This document shows, piece after piece, positions 1 through 10,086 of a stretch of DNA of 64,000 nt. The notes under the pieces are model-generated. The model did no database searches. It worked only from the letters and a program-made list of their open reading frames with translations, and had not been told where the DNA came from. The stretch comes from an uncultured Chloroflexia bacterium. Its GTDB lineage: Bacteria > Chloroflexota > Limnocylindria > QHBO01. Position numbers and translations under genes: made by a program. The stretch is taken from NCBI GenBank assembly GCA_963814375.1, contig CAWFCQ010000004.1:224001-288000 (forward strand), written 5' to 3'. Numbering within the stretch: the stretch's first letter is position 1; each line of letters begins with the position of its first letter.

Positions 1-414
1 GTTCCGGCGATCGCTCCGCTCATCAGCCTGATCGCCGTGGTCGTCGTCATCGCGGTCTTCGCCGGGCTCGAATACTCGTTCGTCGCCATTCCATCGCAGA
101 CCGCCCTCCAGGAGGACCTTCCTCCCGACGTGCGCGGCCGGATCTTCGGCATCCTCAACACGCTCCTTTCGGTCGCCTCCTTCCTGCCGGTCATCCTGGC
201 GCCGTTGATGGCCGACATCCTCAACATCTTCTTCGAGGGCGCAGGGATCCCGGCGGTGATGGCGCTGCTCGGGCTCCTGACGCTCGGCGCGGGGATCGCG
301 TCGTGGCGCCGCAACTCGAGCGAGGGGCTGCACAGCCACGACCGCGGCCTGCCGCCCGCGGAGGCCGTGACCGAGATCACGGCGCCAGGCGTGCCGGACA
401 GCGATGGGGACTAG
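1..414 (+). CDS. MFS transporter, C-terminal part (truncated by window edge)
   Basis: Hydrophobic helices and the MFS_3-like motif 'QTALQEDLPPDVRGRIFG'; frame is open from the window start. Confidence 0.8.
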   Translation, partial: VPAIAPLISLIAVVVVIAVFAGLEYSFVAIPSQTALQEDLPPDVRGRIFGILNTLLSVASFLPVILAPLMADILNIFFEGAGIPAVMALLGLLTLGAGIASWRRNSSEGLHSHDRGLPPAEAVTEITAPGVPDSDGD

Positions 415-1735
415 GGCCGTCGCCCTCTCCTTCCTCATCGTTTCGGGGCTGGTCGCGTGGATCACGATCACGGTGCCATTCGCCGCTCGCGTGCTCCAGC
501 TCCTGATCGCGGTCTCGATTGCGTACGTGGCGTGGCTGGCGTGGAGAGGGGCGCGGGTCATGCGCCTTGCGCTGGCCGACGGTCGAAGCGGCGCGGCCGA
601 GCCCACCGGCCGTGCGGAGGCATTGCCGTTCGTTTCGCTGGTCCTTCCTGCGCGCAACGAGGCGTCCGTGATCGCCGAGACGGTGGCCGGTCTGTGCCGG
701 CTCCGCTACGCCGGCGCCGATGGCGAGCCTGCCTACGAGGTCCTCGTCGTGGACGACGGCTCGACCGACGAGACCGGCCGGCTGGCCACCACGGCCAGCG
801 CCGACGCCGCTCACGTGCAGGTTCGGCGACGCGAGCCCGGTACCGGTCGTCCGACCAAGGGCAGCGTCATGGCCTGGGCCATGCCATACCTGCGCGGCGA
901 CGTGATCGGGGCGATTGACGCCGACACGCGCGTCGAGCCGGCATTCCTCGAGCGGGCGATGCGCGCCTGGCGGCGAGACCTCGCGGCCGATGCGCTCCAG
1001 GTCGCGCGGAGACCCCGGAACGCATCGGTCTCGTGGCTGACCCGCGCCCAGGAGGAGGAGCAGCTCATGGACATCGCCTCGCAATGCGGGCGCTGGGCGA
1101 CCGACGGCACCGCCGAGCTGCGCGGGAACGGCATGTTCGTCCGGCGCGAGGCGCTCGACGCGGTCGGCGGGTGGAGCGAGCGCGCCATGACCGAGGATCT
1201 CGAGCTCTCGACGCGGATGGCGACGCACGGCCGCCACGTCACCCTCGCGCCGGAGGTGGCGGTCAACGAGGAGGCGGTCGAGACCCTCAGCGCGCTGTGG
1301 CGCCAACGGCTGCGCTGGGCAGAGGGAAGCATGCGGCGCCTGCTGGAGCATGCGCCGGGGATGCTCCTCGGCAGGCAGTCCCTCAGCCGCAAGGCCGACT
1401 TCATCGCCTTCACGGCCGAGTTCCTGGTCCCGCCGCTGTTCGCGACCACGATCGTCGCCAGCCTGCTCACCGTCCCGCTTCCACGCCCGGCGGATTGGAG
1501 CGTCCCGGCCGCGCTGTTCGCCAGCTACGGGCTCGGCGTCTTCCTGCTGGCATGCGGTGGTCTTGCGGCGACGGGGGAGCGAGGGCTTCGGATGGTCGGC
1601 CGCGCGATCCGCGGCGCCCTCTTCCTCTCGCACTGGCTGCTCGTGGTGCCCGTTGCCCTGCTCCGGATCGCGCTCGGCCCGGAGCCGAAGGGCTTCGTGC
1701 AGACACCGCGGTTCAGCGGTGGCCCGGACCGATGA
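404..1735 (+). CDS. Glycosyltransferase family 2 (processive, membrane-bound)
   Basis: PARNE, VVDDGSTD, DAD, TEDLE and QRLRW motifs; flanking TM helices. Confidence 0.9.
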   Translation: MGTRAVALSFLIVSGLVAWITITVPFAARVLQLLIAVSIAYVAWLAWRGARVMRLALADGRSGAAEPTGRAEALPFVSLVLPARNEASVIAETVAGLCRLRYAGADGEPAYEVLVVDDGSTDETGRLATTASADAAHVQVRRREPGTGRPTKGSVMAWAMPYLRGDVIGAIDADTRVEPAFLERAMRAWRRDLAADALQVARRPRNASVSWLTRAQEEEQLMDIASQCGRWATDGTAELRGNGMFVRREALDAVGGWSERAMTEDLELSTRMATHGRHVTLAPEVAVNEEAVETLSALWRQRLRWAEGSMRRLLEHAPGMLLGRQSLSRKADFIAFTAEFLVPPLFATTIVASLLTVPLPRPADWSVPAALFASYGLGVFLLACGGLAATGERGLRMVGRAIRGALFLSHWLLVVPVALLRIALGPEPKGFVQTPRFSGGPDR

Positions 1736-3363
1736 CGGCTCCTGCCGATCTCGTCGTCGCCGGTGAGGTGGTGGTGGCGGCCGAGCCCGGCGGCCTCGAG
1801 ACCGCCGAGGCCATCGGCATTGCCGGCGGTCGTGTCGTGTCGGTCGGTGCGCGCCGGGACGTCGTGGAGGCTGCCGCTGCCGGTGCTCGCGTCGTGGACG
1901 CGGGGCGATCCGCCGTCGTGCCCGGACTGCACGACTTCCACATCCACCTCGTCGGGCTGGCACGGACCCGTGCCGGCGTCCTCCTTGATGACGCGGCCGA
2001 CGGTGGCGAGGTGGCCGATCGCGTCCGCCGGGCCGCCGAGCGCCTTCCCGATGACGCCTGGCTCACCGGGCGTGGATGGTCGGAGGCGCAGATGGCGACC
2101 ATGCCCGCGCACGCGCTCGATGCCGCGGCGGGCGAGCGGCTGGCGTTCCTCTCCAGCCATGACGGTCACTCGGCATGGGCCTCGCCAGCGGCGCGCCGCG
2201 CGGCAGGTCTATCAGCGATGACGCTGGACCCCGCCGGCGGGCGCATCGAGCGGAGCCCCGCCGGGGAGCCGTCGGGAGTTCTGCGTGAGACGGCGATGGA
2301 CCTCGTCACCGCCCACGTGCCCGAGCCACAGGCCGCGGCCCTGCGTCCGTTGCTCGACGCGACCCTGCGCGACCTGGCCGGGCTCGGCGTGACCGGGGCA
2401 TCCGAGGCGGGGGATTACACCGACGCTCACGGGGTCGGGGCCGACGCTGCCTTCGGCGACTCGTACTCGTCGCTGACCGACCTCGGCGACCTCGTCGATG
2501 GGCGGCTGCGGATGACCGTGGGCATTCCGGCAGATGCGATCGCCGCTGCCGCCGCCCGCGGGCTCCGCACCGGCGCGGCGCTTGTCGGACGCCGCACCAT
2601 GCGCTTCGGGTGGGCCAAGGAGTACGCCGACGGCGCGCTCGGGTCCGGCACGGCCGCGCTCTTCGAGCCGCGCACCTGTGATGAGCCCGACACCGGCATC
2701 CTCCGGGTCACCGACGACGAGCTCGACGCCCTCTTCAGCGCGGCGCGCCCGGCGGGCATCGGCCTGGCGATCCATGCCATCGGCGACCGCGCCGCGGCAG
2801 TCGTGCTCGACGCGGCCTCGCGCGCCGCGCCACGGACGGGCGGCGTCCCCAACGACCGGATCGAGCACGCACAGCTGCTGCGTGAGGACGAGATGGGGCG
2901 GTTCGCTGCGCTCGGCGTCACCGCCAGCATCCAGCCGATTCACGCCGCCGCGGACCGCGACCTGGTGGAGGCGTGCTGGGGTGGGCGGCAGGATTCATCG
3001 TACGCGTGGCGGTCACTTGTGCGGGCCGGCGCGCACCTGGCAGCCGGCTCCGACGCGCCGGTCGAGGCGGTCAATCCGTGGCTCGGGATCTTTGCGGCGG
3101 TCCACCGGCGGATGCCCGACGACGCGCGAGACGACTGGCGCCCGGCGCAGGCGCTGACGTTGGCCGAGGCGCTGTCGGCCTATACGCTCGGGCCGGCGCG
3201 AGCCATCGGCACCGGCGACGAGGGGCACCTGCGCGTCGGCGCGCATGCCGATCTCGCCATCCTGTCGTGCGGCCTCGACACGCTTCGCGCGGCAGACGAG
3301 CGGCTGGCCGACGTTCGCTCGACGCTCACCTTGCTCGACGGTGTCGAGGTGCCTGCCGGCTGA
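1732..3363 (+). CDS. Amidohydrolase family 3 (YtcJ-like)
   Basis: [20 protein letters not shown] and GSDAP motifs; ATGA overlap with the upstream stop. Confidence 0.9.
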   Translation: MTAPADLVVAGEVVVAAEPGGLETAEAIGIAGGRVVSVGARRDVVEAAAAGARVVDAGRSAVVPGLHDFHIHLVGLARTRAGVLLDDAADGGEVADRVRRAAERLPDDAWLTGRGWSEAQMATMPAHALDAAAGERLAFLSSHDGHSAWASPAARRAAGLSAMTLDPAGGRIERSPAGEPSGVLRETAMDLVTAHVPEPQAAALRPLLDATLRDLAGLGVTGASEAGDYTDAHGVGADAAFGDSYSSLTDLGDLVDGRLRMTVGIPADAIAAAAARGLRTGAALVGRRTMRFGWAKEYADGALGSGTAALFEPRTCDEPDTGILRVTDDELDALFSAARPAGIGLAIHAIGDRAAAVVLDAASRAAPRTGGVPNDRIEHAQLLREDEMGRFAALGVTASIQPIHAAADRDLVEACWGGRQDSSYAWRSLVRAGAHLAAGSDAPVEAVNPWLGIFAAVHRRMPDDARDDWRPAQALTLAEALSAYTLGPARAIGTGDEGHLRVGAHADLAILSCGLDTLRAADERLADVRSTLTLLDGVEVPAG

Positions 3364-3433
3364 ACGTCGTTGCACCGCCGGTGACGAGTCGGATAGGATG
3401 CTCGGCGGGCGGGCAAGCGCAGCGGAGGATGCA

Positions 3434-3688
3434 GTGGCCGATCGGGACGACTCGTTCGAGGTCTCGGGCGCCGGGCGCGTCCCGGTAGGGCCGGGAAGTG
3501 ACTCGAACTTCGACTCGACCAGGCTGGACTTCGGCCATCACGCCGGCCGCACCCTCGCGGAGCTGGCCGAGACCGATCCGGACTACCTGCGCTGGCTCGC
3601 GCGCCACCCGTCAGGAGTCCGGTATCGGTCGGAGATCGCCCGCGTGCTGGCCTCGGCCGTTCCGCACGCGGGCGACTGGGAGCGCTGA
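3434..3688 (+). CDS. Small protein with DUF3820/ExoX-C-terminal-like motif
   Basis: GGAGGA RBS then GTG; 'LDFGHHAGRTLAELAETDPDYLRWL' motif. Confidence 0.65.
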   Translation: MADRDDSFEVSGAGRVPVGPGSDSNFDSTRLDFGHHAGRTLAELAETDPDYLRWLARHPSGVRYRSEIARVLASAVPHAGDWER

Positions 3689-3705
3689 TCTACTCCCCTA
3701 AGGGG

Positions 3706-4146
3706 TCAGCTCTCGGACGGCGACCCTTCGCAGCCGAGGCCGTTCGCCATCTCGCTGTGCGCGTCCCTGACGGCATCGATGCCCGGCTGGATCGTGGCGA
3801 GGGCATCCTCGATCGGCTCATCCGACGGGAAGTCGTCGATCGCCTGCGCGACCTCGTTCCACGCGGAGTCGAGCGCTGCGTCGTCGGCATCGTCGATTCC
3901 GGTGATCTCCTCGCGGACCTGGTCGAAGCTCGCCTGGACGTCCTCGCGGGCGGCCTGGACATCCTCGATGCTCGCGCTGGCGGGATCGAGGTCGGCGAGC
4001 GCCTGGAGCGATGAGTCGAGCTCGGCGAGGCTGTCGCAGACCGCGGTCTCGGCCTCGGACTGGGTCGCCTGGTTCGTGCACGCCGAGACGACGAGCATCA
4101 GCAGGACGCCGATGGTGAAGGCAGTGCGGGTGCCTATGGATCGCAT
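3706..4146 (-). CDS. Acidic helical lipoprotein
   Basis: Signal peptide with lipobox VSAC; GGAGA RBS. Confidence 0.75.
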   Translation of the reverse strand: MRSIGTRTAFTIGVLLMLVVSACTNQATQSEAETAVCDSLAELDSSLQALADLDPASASIEDVQAAREDVQASFDQVREEITGIDDADDAALDSAWNEVAQAIDDFPSDEPIEDALATIQPGIDAVRDAHSEMANGLGCEGSPSES

Positions 4147-4187
4147 GTTCTTCTCCAGTGGGTGATGCGTTGGATACGACCGTCCCT

Positions 4188-4203
4188 TGCACGGTGGATG
4201 CCG
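4188..4203 (-). promoter_or_regulatory. Candidate sigma54-type promoter
   Basis: CGGCAT-CCACC-GTGCA (GG-N10-GC) upstream of the lipoprotein gene. Confidence 0.5.
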
Positions 4204-4260
4204 TGGCGCGCCATCTCTCGAATCGTGACAGTGCCTGAGGGGACGCTATGATCCGGTAGC

Positions 4261-5511
4261 GTGATTGCCCCACCTGCGCCCCCTGCGGACCGATCCGCGC
4301 ATGCGCGCGCCGAATGGCGGCGACTTCGTGCCTGGCTTTCGACGATCTCACCCCAGGACGTCGGGCGGTCGCTGCTGGCGCTGTCGGTCGGCGGCTTCAC
4401 CTTGTGGCTCACGATCGCGACGTGGCCGGCACTCCTGCCGTTCTTCATCGGCGCGGCGCTCGCATACGCGGTCCTGCCCCTCGTCAACGCGATGGACACC
4501 GTGCTGCCGCGGTTCCTGGCCTCACTCTTCGCGATGGTCATCGTGCTCGCCGGAATCGTGGCCGTCTTCGTGATCATCCTCCCGCCCATGGCGCGCGGAG
4601 TGGGTCAGCTGGCCCAGGAGCTGCCGACTCGAGAGGAGATCGCCACGTGGATCGCGAGCGTTCAGGCCTCTCTCGGCGACCAGGGCGGTCCGGTGGCGCC
4701 GCGACTGGCGGAGCTGATGGAAGGTCTGGTTGCGGCGGCCCGGGGCGGGCTCACCGGCTCGACCGAGGATCTCGCAGAGCTGGCGCCGGCCGTGCTCCAA
4801 GGCGTCATCGGCGCTGTATCGGCCGTCCTGGGTCTCGTCGTCCTCCCGACCTGGATCCTGACCGTGGTCAAAGATCAGCGAGTGGGACGCGGCGCCATCT
4901 TCGCCGCCATGCCGGCCGCGTTTCGCGCCGACCTCTGGGCCGTCGTGCGGATGGTCGATCGCGTGGCCGCCACCTACATCCGTGGCGGGGTTCCGCTCGG
5001 GATCATGGTCGGGGTCATCATGTGGCTCGGACTCAGTGCCGTCGAGCGGCTCGGGTTCTCGGCTTTCCGCGAAGCGGGCCCGATCTCCGTTCTCGCCGGC
5101 GCCTTCCAGGTGATCCCGGAGATCGGACCCCTCATCGGCTTCCTTCCAGCGCTTCTCATCCTGCCGATCTCGGTGGAGCGTGCGGTGATCTACGTCGTGG
5201 TCTACGTCGCCAGCCGCTGGCTGGCCACGACCATCCTTGGGCGACGCGCCGCAGGCCGCAATCGCCTGCATCCGGCCATCCTCGTGCCGGCGATCGTCGC
5301 GCTGACCCAGTTCGGCCTGCTCTGGCTGTTCCTCGCCGGCCCGATGCTCGCGATCGGCTTCGACTTCGTCCGCTACGTGAACGGGCGGCTGTCCAGTCCG
5401 GCTCGACCGGCGGGGCTGATCCCCGACGAAGCGCCGGATGCGGCGTCGGCTGGCGCGGCCGCAGTTCAGCCTCTTCCGACGAGGCGTGCCCCGGTGATCA
5501 TCCATGGTTGA
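4261..5511 (+). CDS. AI-2E family transporter
   Basis: Multi-TM; 'PFFIGAALAYAVLPLV', 'IPEIGP', 'LHPA' patterns. Confidence 0.85.
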   Translation: MIAPPAPPADRSAHARAEWRRLRAWLSTISPQDVGRSLLALSVGGFTLWLTIATWPALLPFFIGAALAYAVLPLVNAMDTVLPRFLASLFAMVIVLAGIVAVFVIILPPMARGVGQLAQELPTREEIATWIASVQASLGDQGGPVAPRLAELMEGLVAAARGGLTGSTEDLAELAPAVLQGVIGAVSAVLGLVVLPTWILTVVKDQRVGRGAIFAAMPAAFRADLWAVVRMVDRVAATYIRGGVPLGIMVGVIMWLGLSAVERLGFSAFREAGPISVLAGAFQVIPEIGPLIGFLPALLILPISVERAVIYVVVYVASRWLATTILGRRAAGRNRLHPAILVPAIVALTQFGLLWLFLAGPMLAIGFDFVRYVNGRLSSPARPAGLIPDEAPDAASAGAAAVQPLPTRRAPVIIHG

Positions 5512-6706
5512 GCAGACCCCGGTTGCCGCGACTCCAGCCCCTCCGCCGCCGGCACCTGCGCCCGCCCCGGTCGAGGTGCAGACGCAGCTGACTCAGGTGC
5601 GGGTGCCGCTGTCCGATGCCGCGGATGCATTCACCGTGGCGGACGCGTACGGCCGGTTCCCGATCGTCGTGCTCACCGGCGAGCGCAGCCGTATCCGCAA
5701 CGAATTCGTCGTTGCCGGCATCGGCCTGGTCCTGGCGGCACTCCTGCTCGGCGTCAACATCGCGCTGCGAGGAGGGCTGGTCGCGGCCGGCGTGGCCCTG
5801 ATCGTCCTCGGACTCTTCAGGTCATTCATCGTGCGGGTGCCGGAGGGCGCCCAGGCGCTCGCACTGCGTGCCGGGCGGTTCGATCGCGCGCTTCCCGCGG
5901 GGAACCATCTGATGTGGCCGTGGATCATGGTCAGCCATGTCGTCACGCGCCGGGAGATTCCCTTCATGGCCGCGGGATCGAGGATTCCGACGGCCGATGG
6001 CGTCGGCGTGGACGTGTCCCTCCTCGTGACATTCGCGATCCGGGACGCCGATCGGTTCGTCTTCTCGATTTCGGCCCCCGACTTCGACCTGGTGTGCACC
6101 GCCGCCAGCCAGGAGGCTCTGCGGCGCCACATTCGCGGAGTGCCGTCCGCGGAGGTGCTCGACCTGGCAGGGGAGGCATCAGACGCGCTGCGCGGAGCGA
6201 TCGCGGTGGACCTCGAGACCTACGGTGTCGTCGTCCACAAGGTCGTCGTGGTCACGGTCCGCCTTCCGGCGGAGTACATGGCCTCGCTCGAGTCTCGCCG
6301 GCTCGCGGAGGTGCAGCAGGCCGAGCAGGCCGAGCGCCACACGCTCGAGCGCCGGGTCCAGGCCGACCGCTACGACCTCCAGCGCCAGAAGGCCCAGGAG
6401 CACCGGAAGCTTATCGACATCGAGGCGGCGAACGAGGCGGCTCGTCTCGAGCAGCTCGAGGCGCGCATCGGCGCCTTCCCGCAAGCCGCCGCGTGGGACG
6501 TTGAGAGCCAGCGCATGGACATCGCCAGGACCTTGGCGGGCAACGACCACGCGATCGTGTCAGTCGGCGATCCGGCGAAGCTGGCCGATGCGCTGATCGT
6601 CGCCGCAGGCCAGAACGATCTCCCCAGATCGGCGCCGTCGGCCACGAAGAAGCCGCCAGCGCCGCGAGCCGCTCAGAAGGCGAAGGGCGACTCGACACCG
6701 ACCTGA
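5504..6706 (+). CDS. SPFH/band 7 domain membrane protein
   Basis: Two TM helices, 'VRVPEG', 'TADGV' and a coiled-coil tail. Confidence 0.85.
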   Translation: MVEQTPVAATPAPPPPAPAPAPVEVQTQLTQVRVPLSDAADAFTVADAYGRFPIVVLTGERSRIRNEFVVAGIGLVLAALLLGVNIALRGGLVAAGVALIVLGLFRSFIVRVPEGAQALALRAGRFDRALPAGNHLMWPWIMVSHVVTRREIPFMAAGSRIPTADGVGVDVSLLVTFAIRDADRFVFSISAPDFDLVCTAASQEALRRHIRGVPSAEVLDLAGEASDALRGAIAVDLETYGVVVHKVVVVTVRLPAEYMASLESRRLAEVQQAEQAERHTLERRVQADRYDLQRQKAQEHRKLIDIEAANEAARLEQLEARIGAFPQAAAWDVESQRMDIARTLAGNDHAIVSVGDPAKLADALIVAAGQNDLPRSAPSATKKPPAPRAAQKAKGDSTPT

Positions 6707-6826
6707 TCTGGGAGCCGATGACCTCGCGTTGATGTCCAGTGGAACACCGCAGCGAGCATTCCGGTGCCATGGGCACCTGCGTCCCAACGACGCTCTCGGC
6801 GACCGCTGACGGGAGCAGCGCAGCCG

Positions 6827-8111
6827 TTAGCGGGGAGTCGGATCGAGGGGATCGGGAAGCCCGTCGTTGTCGTCGTCCGGATCACAGGCGTCGCCGAGGG
6901 CGTCACCGTCGGCGTTCTCCTGCTGGGGATTGGGGATCAGCACGCAGTTGTCAGGCCCGACACCGAGCGCCAGGTCGGGCACACCGTCGCCGTCAGTGTC
7001 GAGCGCGACGATCGGCGTGGGGGTCGGCGCCGGAGGCTGAGGGGGCGCGGGTGTCGGGCGTGGGGTAGCGGCGGGCGGCGGCGGTGGTGCGCCGGCGGCC
7101 GGTGGCGGCGTGGCGCTTGGTCCCGGAGCCGTAGGACCGCCCGTTGAGCCACCGCCAGTCGCACCGCCTCCCGCCGTTTCCCCTGCCGCAGATCCACCGC
7201 CGTCCACCGCCGCAGTTCCACCACCGGCAGCCGTTCCACCACCGGCATTCGTTCCACCGCCTGCAGCGGTGCCGCCGCCTGCAGTCAGTCCTCCACCTTC
7301 GCCGGGGGAGCTCGCAGGAGCGGGCGTCTGGCCACCACCAGGCGATGCTTTCGGCACGTCGAAGGTCAACCGCGAGCCGCGTGGTGAGGGTGGAGTCCCG
7401 CCGAGGACGTTGCCGCCTGGAGACGCGTTTGCGCCAACTTCCGGATCGGCGACTCCGGGCCATCCCGAGCCCACGAGGGCGACCCCGACCCCGATGATGA
7501 ACAGCAACACCGCCGCCGCAGCGTAGAGTCCGCGCCGCGACCGATAGTCCTCGGCAAGGCGCGCGAGCAGTCCGGGACGGGCAGCTGACGACGCGGCCGG
7601 CAACACGATCGGAGGCGCATCCGGCGCGGGTGCAACAGCAGCCGGCTCAGCGCTCGCCGCCCGGAGCGCGACTCCGGCTGCCTGCGCGTGTCGTTGAATC
7701 CGATCTGCCAGGGGCTGTGCTCGCAACGCATTCGCACCGGAGAGCCGTGCCAGCGCCCGCAATCCGACCCGCTCCGCGACGGTGACCTTGATGGCCAGAC
7801 ACGCGGTGTCGATCCGTGGGTCGCGGTCGTCGCCGGCCGGGCTCGGCGCCACCAGGGCCCAAGCCTCCGTCGCCGCCTGCCGGAGCCTGAAGTCGGCTCG
7901 ACGAGCCGTCCTGAGGCTAGCTCCGGCGGCCGCGCCCGGTGGCGGCGGGTGCGGTCGCCGTCGCGCACACGGTGCAGCGGCTTCTCGAGGAGTTCCAGCA
8001 GCCCCGGCACACGTACAGGTTGCATTCGAGGCAGTAGTGCGCGCTCGCGAGGTCGGCAGCCACCGAAACGCCACAGGCTTCGCAGTGAATCGTGGGTACG
8101 AATTGGTCCAC
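6827..8111 (-). CDS. Zn-finger / TM / Gly-Pro stalk / thrombospondin type-3-like repeat protein (apparent +1 frameshift near 7925-7950)
   Basis: Cys-rich N-terminus in ORF 7917..8348 joins ORF 6827..8074; C-terminal '[37 protein letters not shown]'. Confidence 0.65.
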
Positions 8112-8122
8112 GGTCGCCGTAG

Positions 8123-8138
8123 TGCACGTTCGAGGCCT
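8123..8138 (-). promoter_or_regulatory. Candidate sigma54-type promoter (leaderless)
   Basis: AGGCCT-CGAAC-GTGCA; GTG start 13 nt after the -12 C. Confidence 0.45.
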
Positions 8139-8182
8139 ACGTGTCGCCAGGCAACATACGCCGTAAGTCGGCATCCCGCGGC

Positions 8183-9199
8183 TCAATTGCCGGCTTGGGC
8201 GAGCCAGAGCCTCGAGCTCGCGTCGCCGAGGACCTCCACGAGCAGCATCGTGGCGCCGCGGTCCTCGAGGGCGACGAACGAATGGAGCCCGGGCGCGCCA
8301 GGGAAGTCGTCGGACGCGAGCGCGTGCCGGCCGGACGCGCACGCCCACTGCACGCCGTCCGCGCTCGTTGCCGCGAGGATCTGCATTGCATCGTCCTCGC
8401 CTTCGAGCATGACCCCGAAGAAGAGCAAGTGGCCGTCATCGGTCGACAGGAGATGCGGCTCGAACATCGTTCGGGCCTCGACTCCGCAGGCGCTGGGTCC
8501 GAGGGCCTGATCGTCATCCGCTCCTTCCAGCGTGGCGGCCAACCGCGTCCAGCTGACGCCGTCGGGCGAGGCGGCCATCCCGATGCGGTTGCGGTTTGGC
8601 TGCGCGACGCCGGCTCCGCCATAGCCCATGACGTAGCCATCGGCTTCCTGGATCACGCTCGGGTGGTCGGTGATCGCGCCGTCCCATCCTTCGCCGTCCG
8701 GCTCGAGAACCGGGTACGGGTGCGCGGTCCACGGTCCATCCGGCCCGGGAGCGGTCGCGCGCCACACGATCGGATCGTTGCCGCCGGGTAGGCGGCCGCC
8801 GCCGTACATGACCCACGTGCCGTCATCGTCGATGAGCACGGAAGACGGGACCGCGCCGATGTCGTCCAGCTCGATCTCGAAGTCCGCCAGCACCGATGCG
8901 GACGGGTCGCCCGACCAGCTCCTGCCATCCTCCGAGGTGAGGTGCAGGACCCGTGGTGGCTCCGCCGGATCCGCGTAGAAGGCGACCGGGTACAGGTGAT
9001 ACGTCCCGTCGTGCACCACCCCCGCGCCGGGCAGCAGAAAGGCCGCGCCGTAGTCAGCGGGCTCGATCACAGGCTGCTCGCCCACGATGACGAAATTGAT
9101 CGCGGCTCCCGAGGACGCGGGCGAATCCACGCTCGCGGTAGGCGCCTGGCAGGCGACAACCGGCACCATGCACACCACGAAGGCCAATCGGACCTTCAC
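8183..9199 (-). CDS. Lipoprotein with glycoside-hydrolase-like (GH32/43/130-type) beta-propeller
   Basis: Lipobox VVAC; repeated S-x-DG-x-x-W boxes; 'PVLEP..GWD..ITDHPSV'. Confidence 0.7.
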   Translation of the reverse strand: MKVRLAFVVCMVPVVACQAPTASVDSPASSGAAINFVIVGEQPVIEPADYGAAFLLPGAGVVHDGTYHLYPVAFYADPAEPPRVLHLTSEDGRSWSGDPSASVLADFEIELDDIGAVPSSVLIDDDGTWVMYGGGRLPGGNDPIVWRATAPGPDGPWTAHPYPVLEPDGEGWDGAITDHPSVIQEADGYVMGYGGAGVAQPNRNRIGMAASPDGVSWTRLAATLEGADDDQALGPSACGVEARTMFEPHLLSTDDGHLLFFGVMLEGEDDAMQILAATSADGVQWACASGRHALASDDFPGAPGLHSFVALEDRGATMLLVEVLGDASSRLWLAQAGN

Positions 9200-10035
9200 G
9201 CTGCGCTGGCCGCTCGTCGGTGCGCGTTGACACGGTCACGCCACGCCAGGAAGGCGCGGCCATCCTCCACGCGCCAATCCGGCCCACCGAAGCCGAGGGT
9301 GAACTGCGTGAATCCCAGCTCGAGGTATCGATCCGCGTCCTCGCGCAGGAAGCGGTCGATGTCGTCCGGCTGGAGGCCAACGCTCCACTCGATCTCGTAC
9401 GGGTCGCGGCCGATCGCCGTGCAATGGCCGATCAGCGCATCGACGGCGGGACGCACCTCGTCCAGCGAGTCCGGGAAGAAGGCGTGCCAGGCATCGGCGT
9501 GGCGGGCGACGATCGGCAGCGTCAGCTGGAGGCCGACGCCGGCGATCAGGATCGGCATGCGCCGCATCGGAGGAGGGTTGAGCGTCGCCAGGCGCTCGAT
9601 GATCTCGGGCACCGCACGGCCCAGCGCCCGGATCCGGCTGGCCCTCGTCCCGTATTCGTACCCGTAGCGCTCGTAGTCGCGTTGGAACCACCCGGCGCCG
9701 ATGCCCATGATCACGCGACCACCGCTGACGTGGTCGACAGTCCGCGCGATGTCGGCGTGGAAGTTCGGGTTGCGGTACGAGTTGCAGGCGACCAGCGGGC
9801 CGATCTCGATCCGTGAGGTCGCCTCCGCCCAGGCAGCGAGGAGGGACCAACACTCGAAGTGCTTGCCGTCCGGCTCACCATCGAGCGGGCTGAAGTGATC
9901 CCACGTGTAGAGGATGTCGTAGCCGAGCACCTCGCTGCGGATGGCGGAGGCGCGAATGTCGCGCCAGTCGCCGTGCTGCGGATGGAGCTGGGCCGCGATT
10001 CTGACCGGTCGGGTCGCATGGAGTGGTTGTTTCAT
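9196..10035 (-). CDS. LLM-class F420-dependent oxidoreductase
   Basis: WDHF, 'ECWSLLAAWA', 'NSYRNP', 'DHVSGGR..GIGAGW'; start could also be 10044. Confidence 0.9.
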   Translation of the reverse strand: MKQPLHATRPVRIAAQLHPQHGDWRDIRASAIRSEVLGYDILYTWDHFSPLDGEPDGKHFECWSLLAAWAEATSRIEIGPLVACNSYRNPNFHADIARTVDHVSGGRVIMGIGAGWFQRDYERYGYEYGTRASRIRALGRAVPEIIERLATLNPPPMRRMPILIAGVGLQLTLPIVARHADAWHAFFPDSLDEVRPAVDALIGHCTAIGRDPYEIEWSVGLQPDDIDRFLREDADRYLELGFTQFTLGFGGPDWRVEDGRAFLAWRDRVNAHRRAASAA

Positions 10036-10045
10036 GCGTCTCATG

Positions 10046-10074
10046 CTTGACCTTCCCCCAAGGGGAAAGTCAAG
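10046..10074. promoter_or_regulatory. MerR-type operator / divergent promoter
   Basis: Near-perfect palindrome CTTGACCTTCCCCCAAGGGGAAAGTCAAG with TTGAC on both strands; 19-bp spacer to AAGCAT on the minus strand. Confidence 0.75.
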
Positions 10075-10086
10075 GTATGAGGCAAC

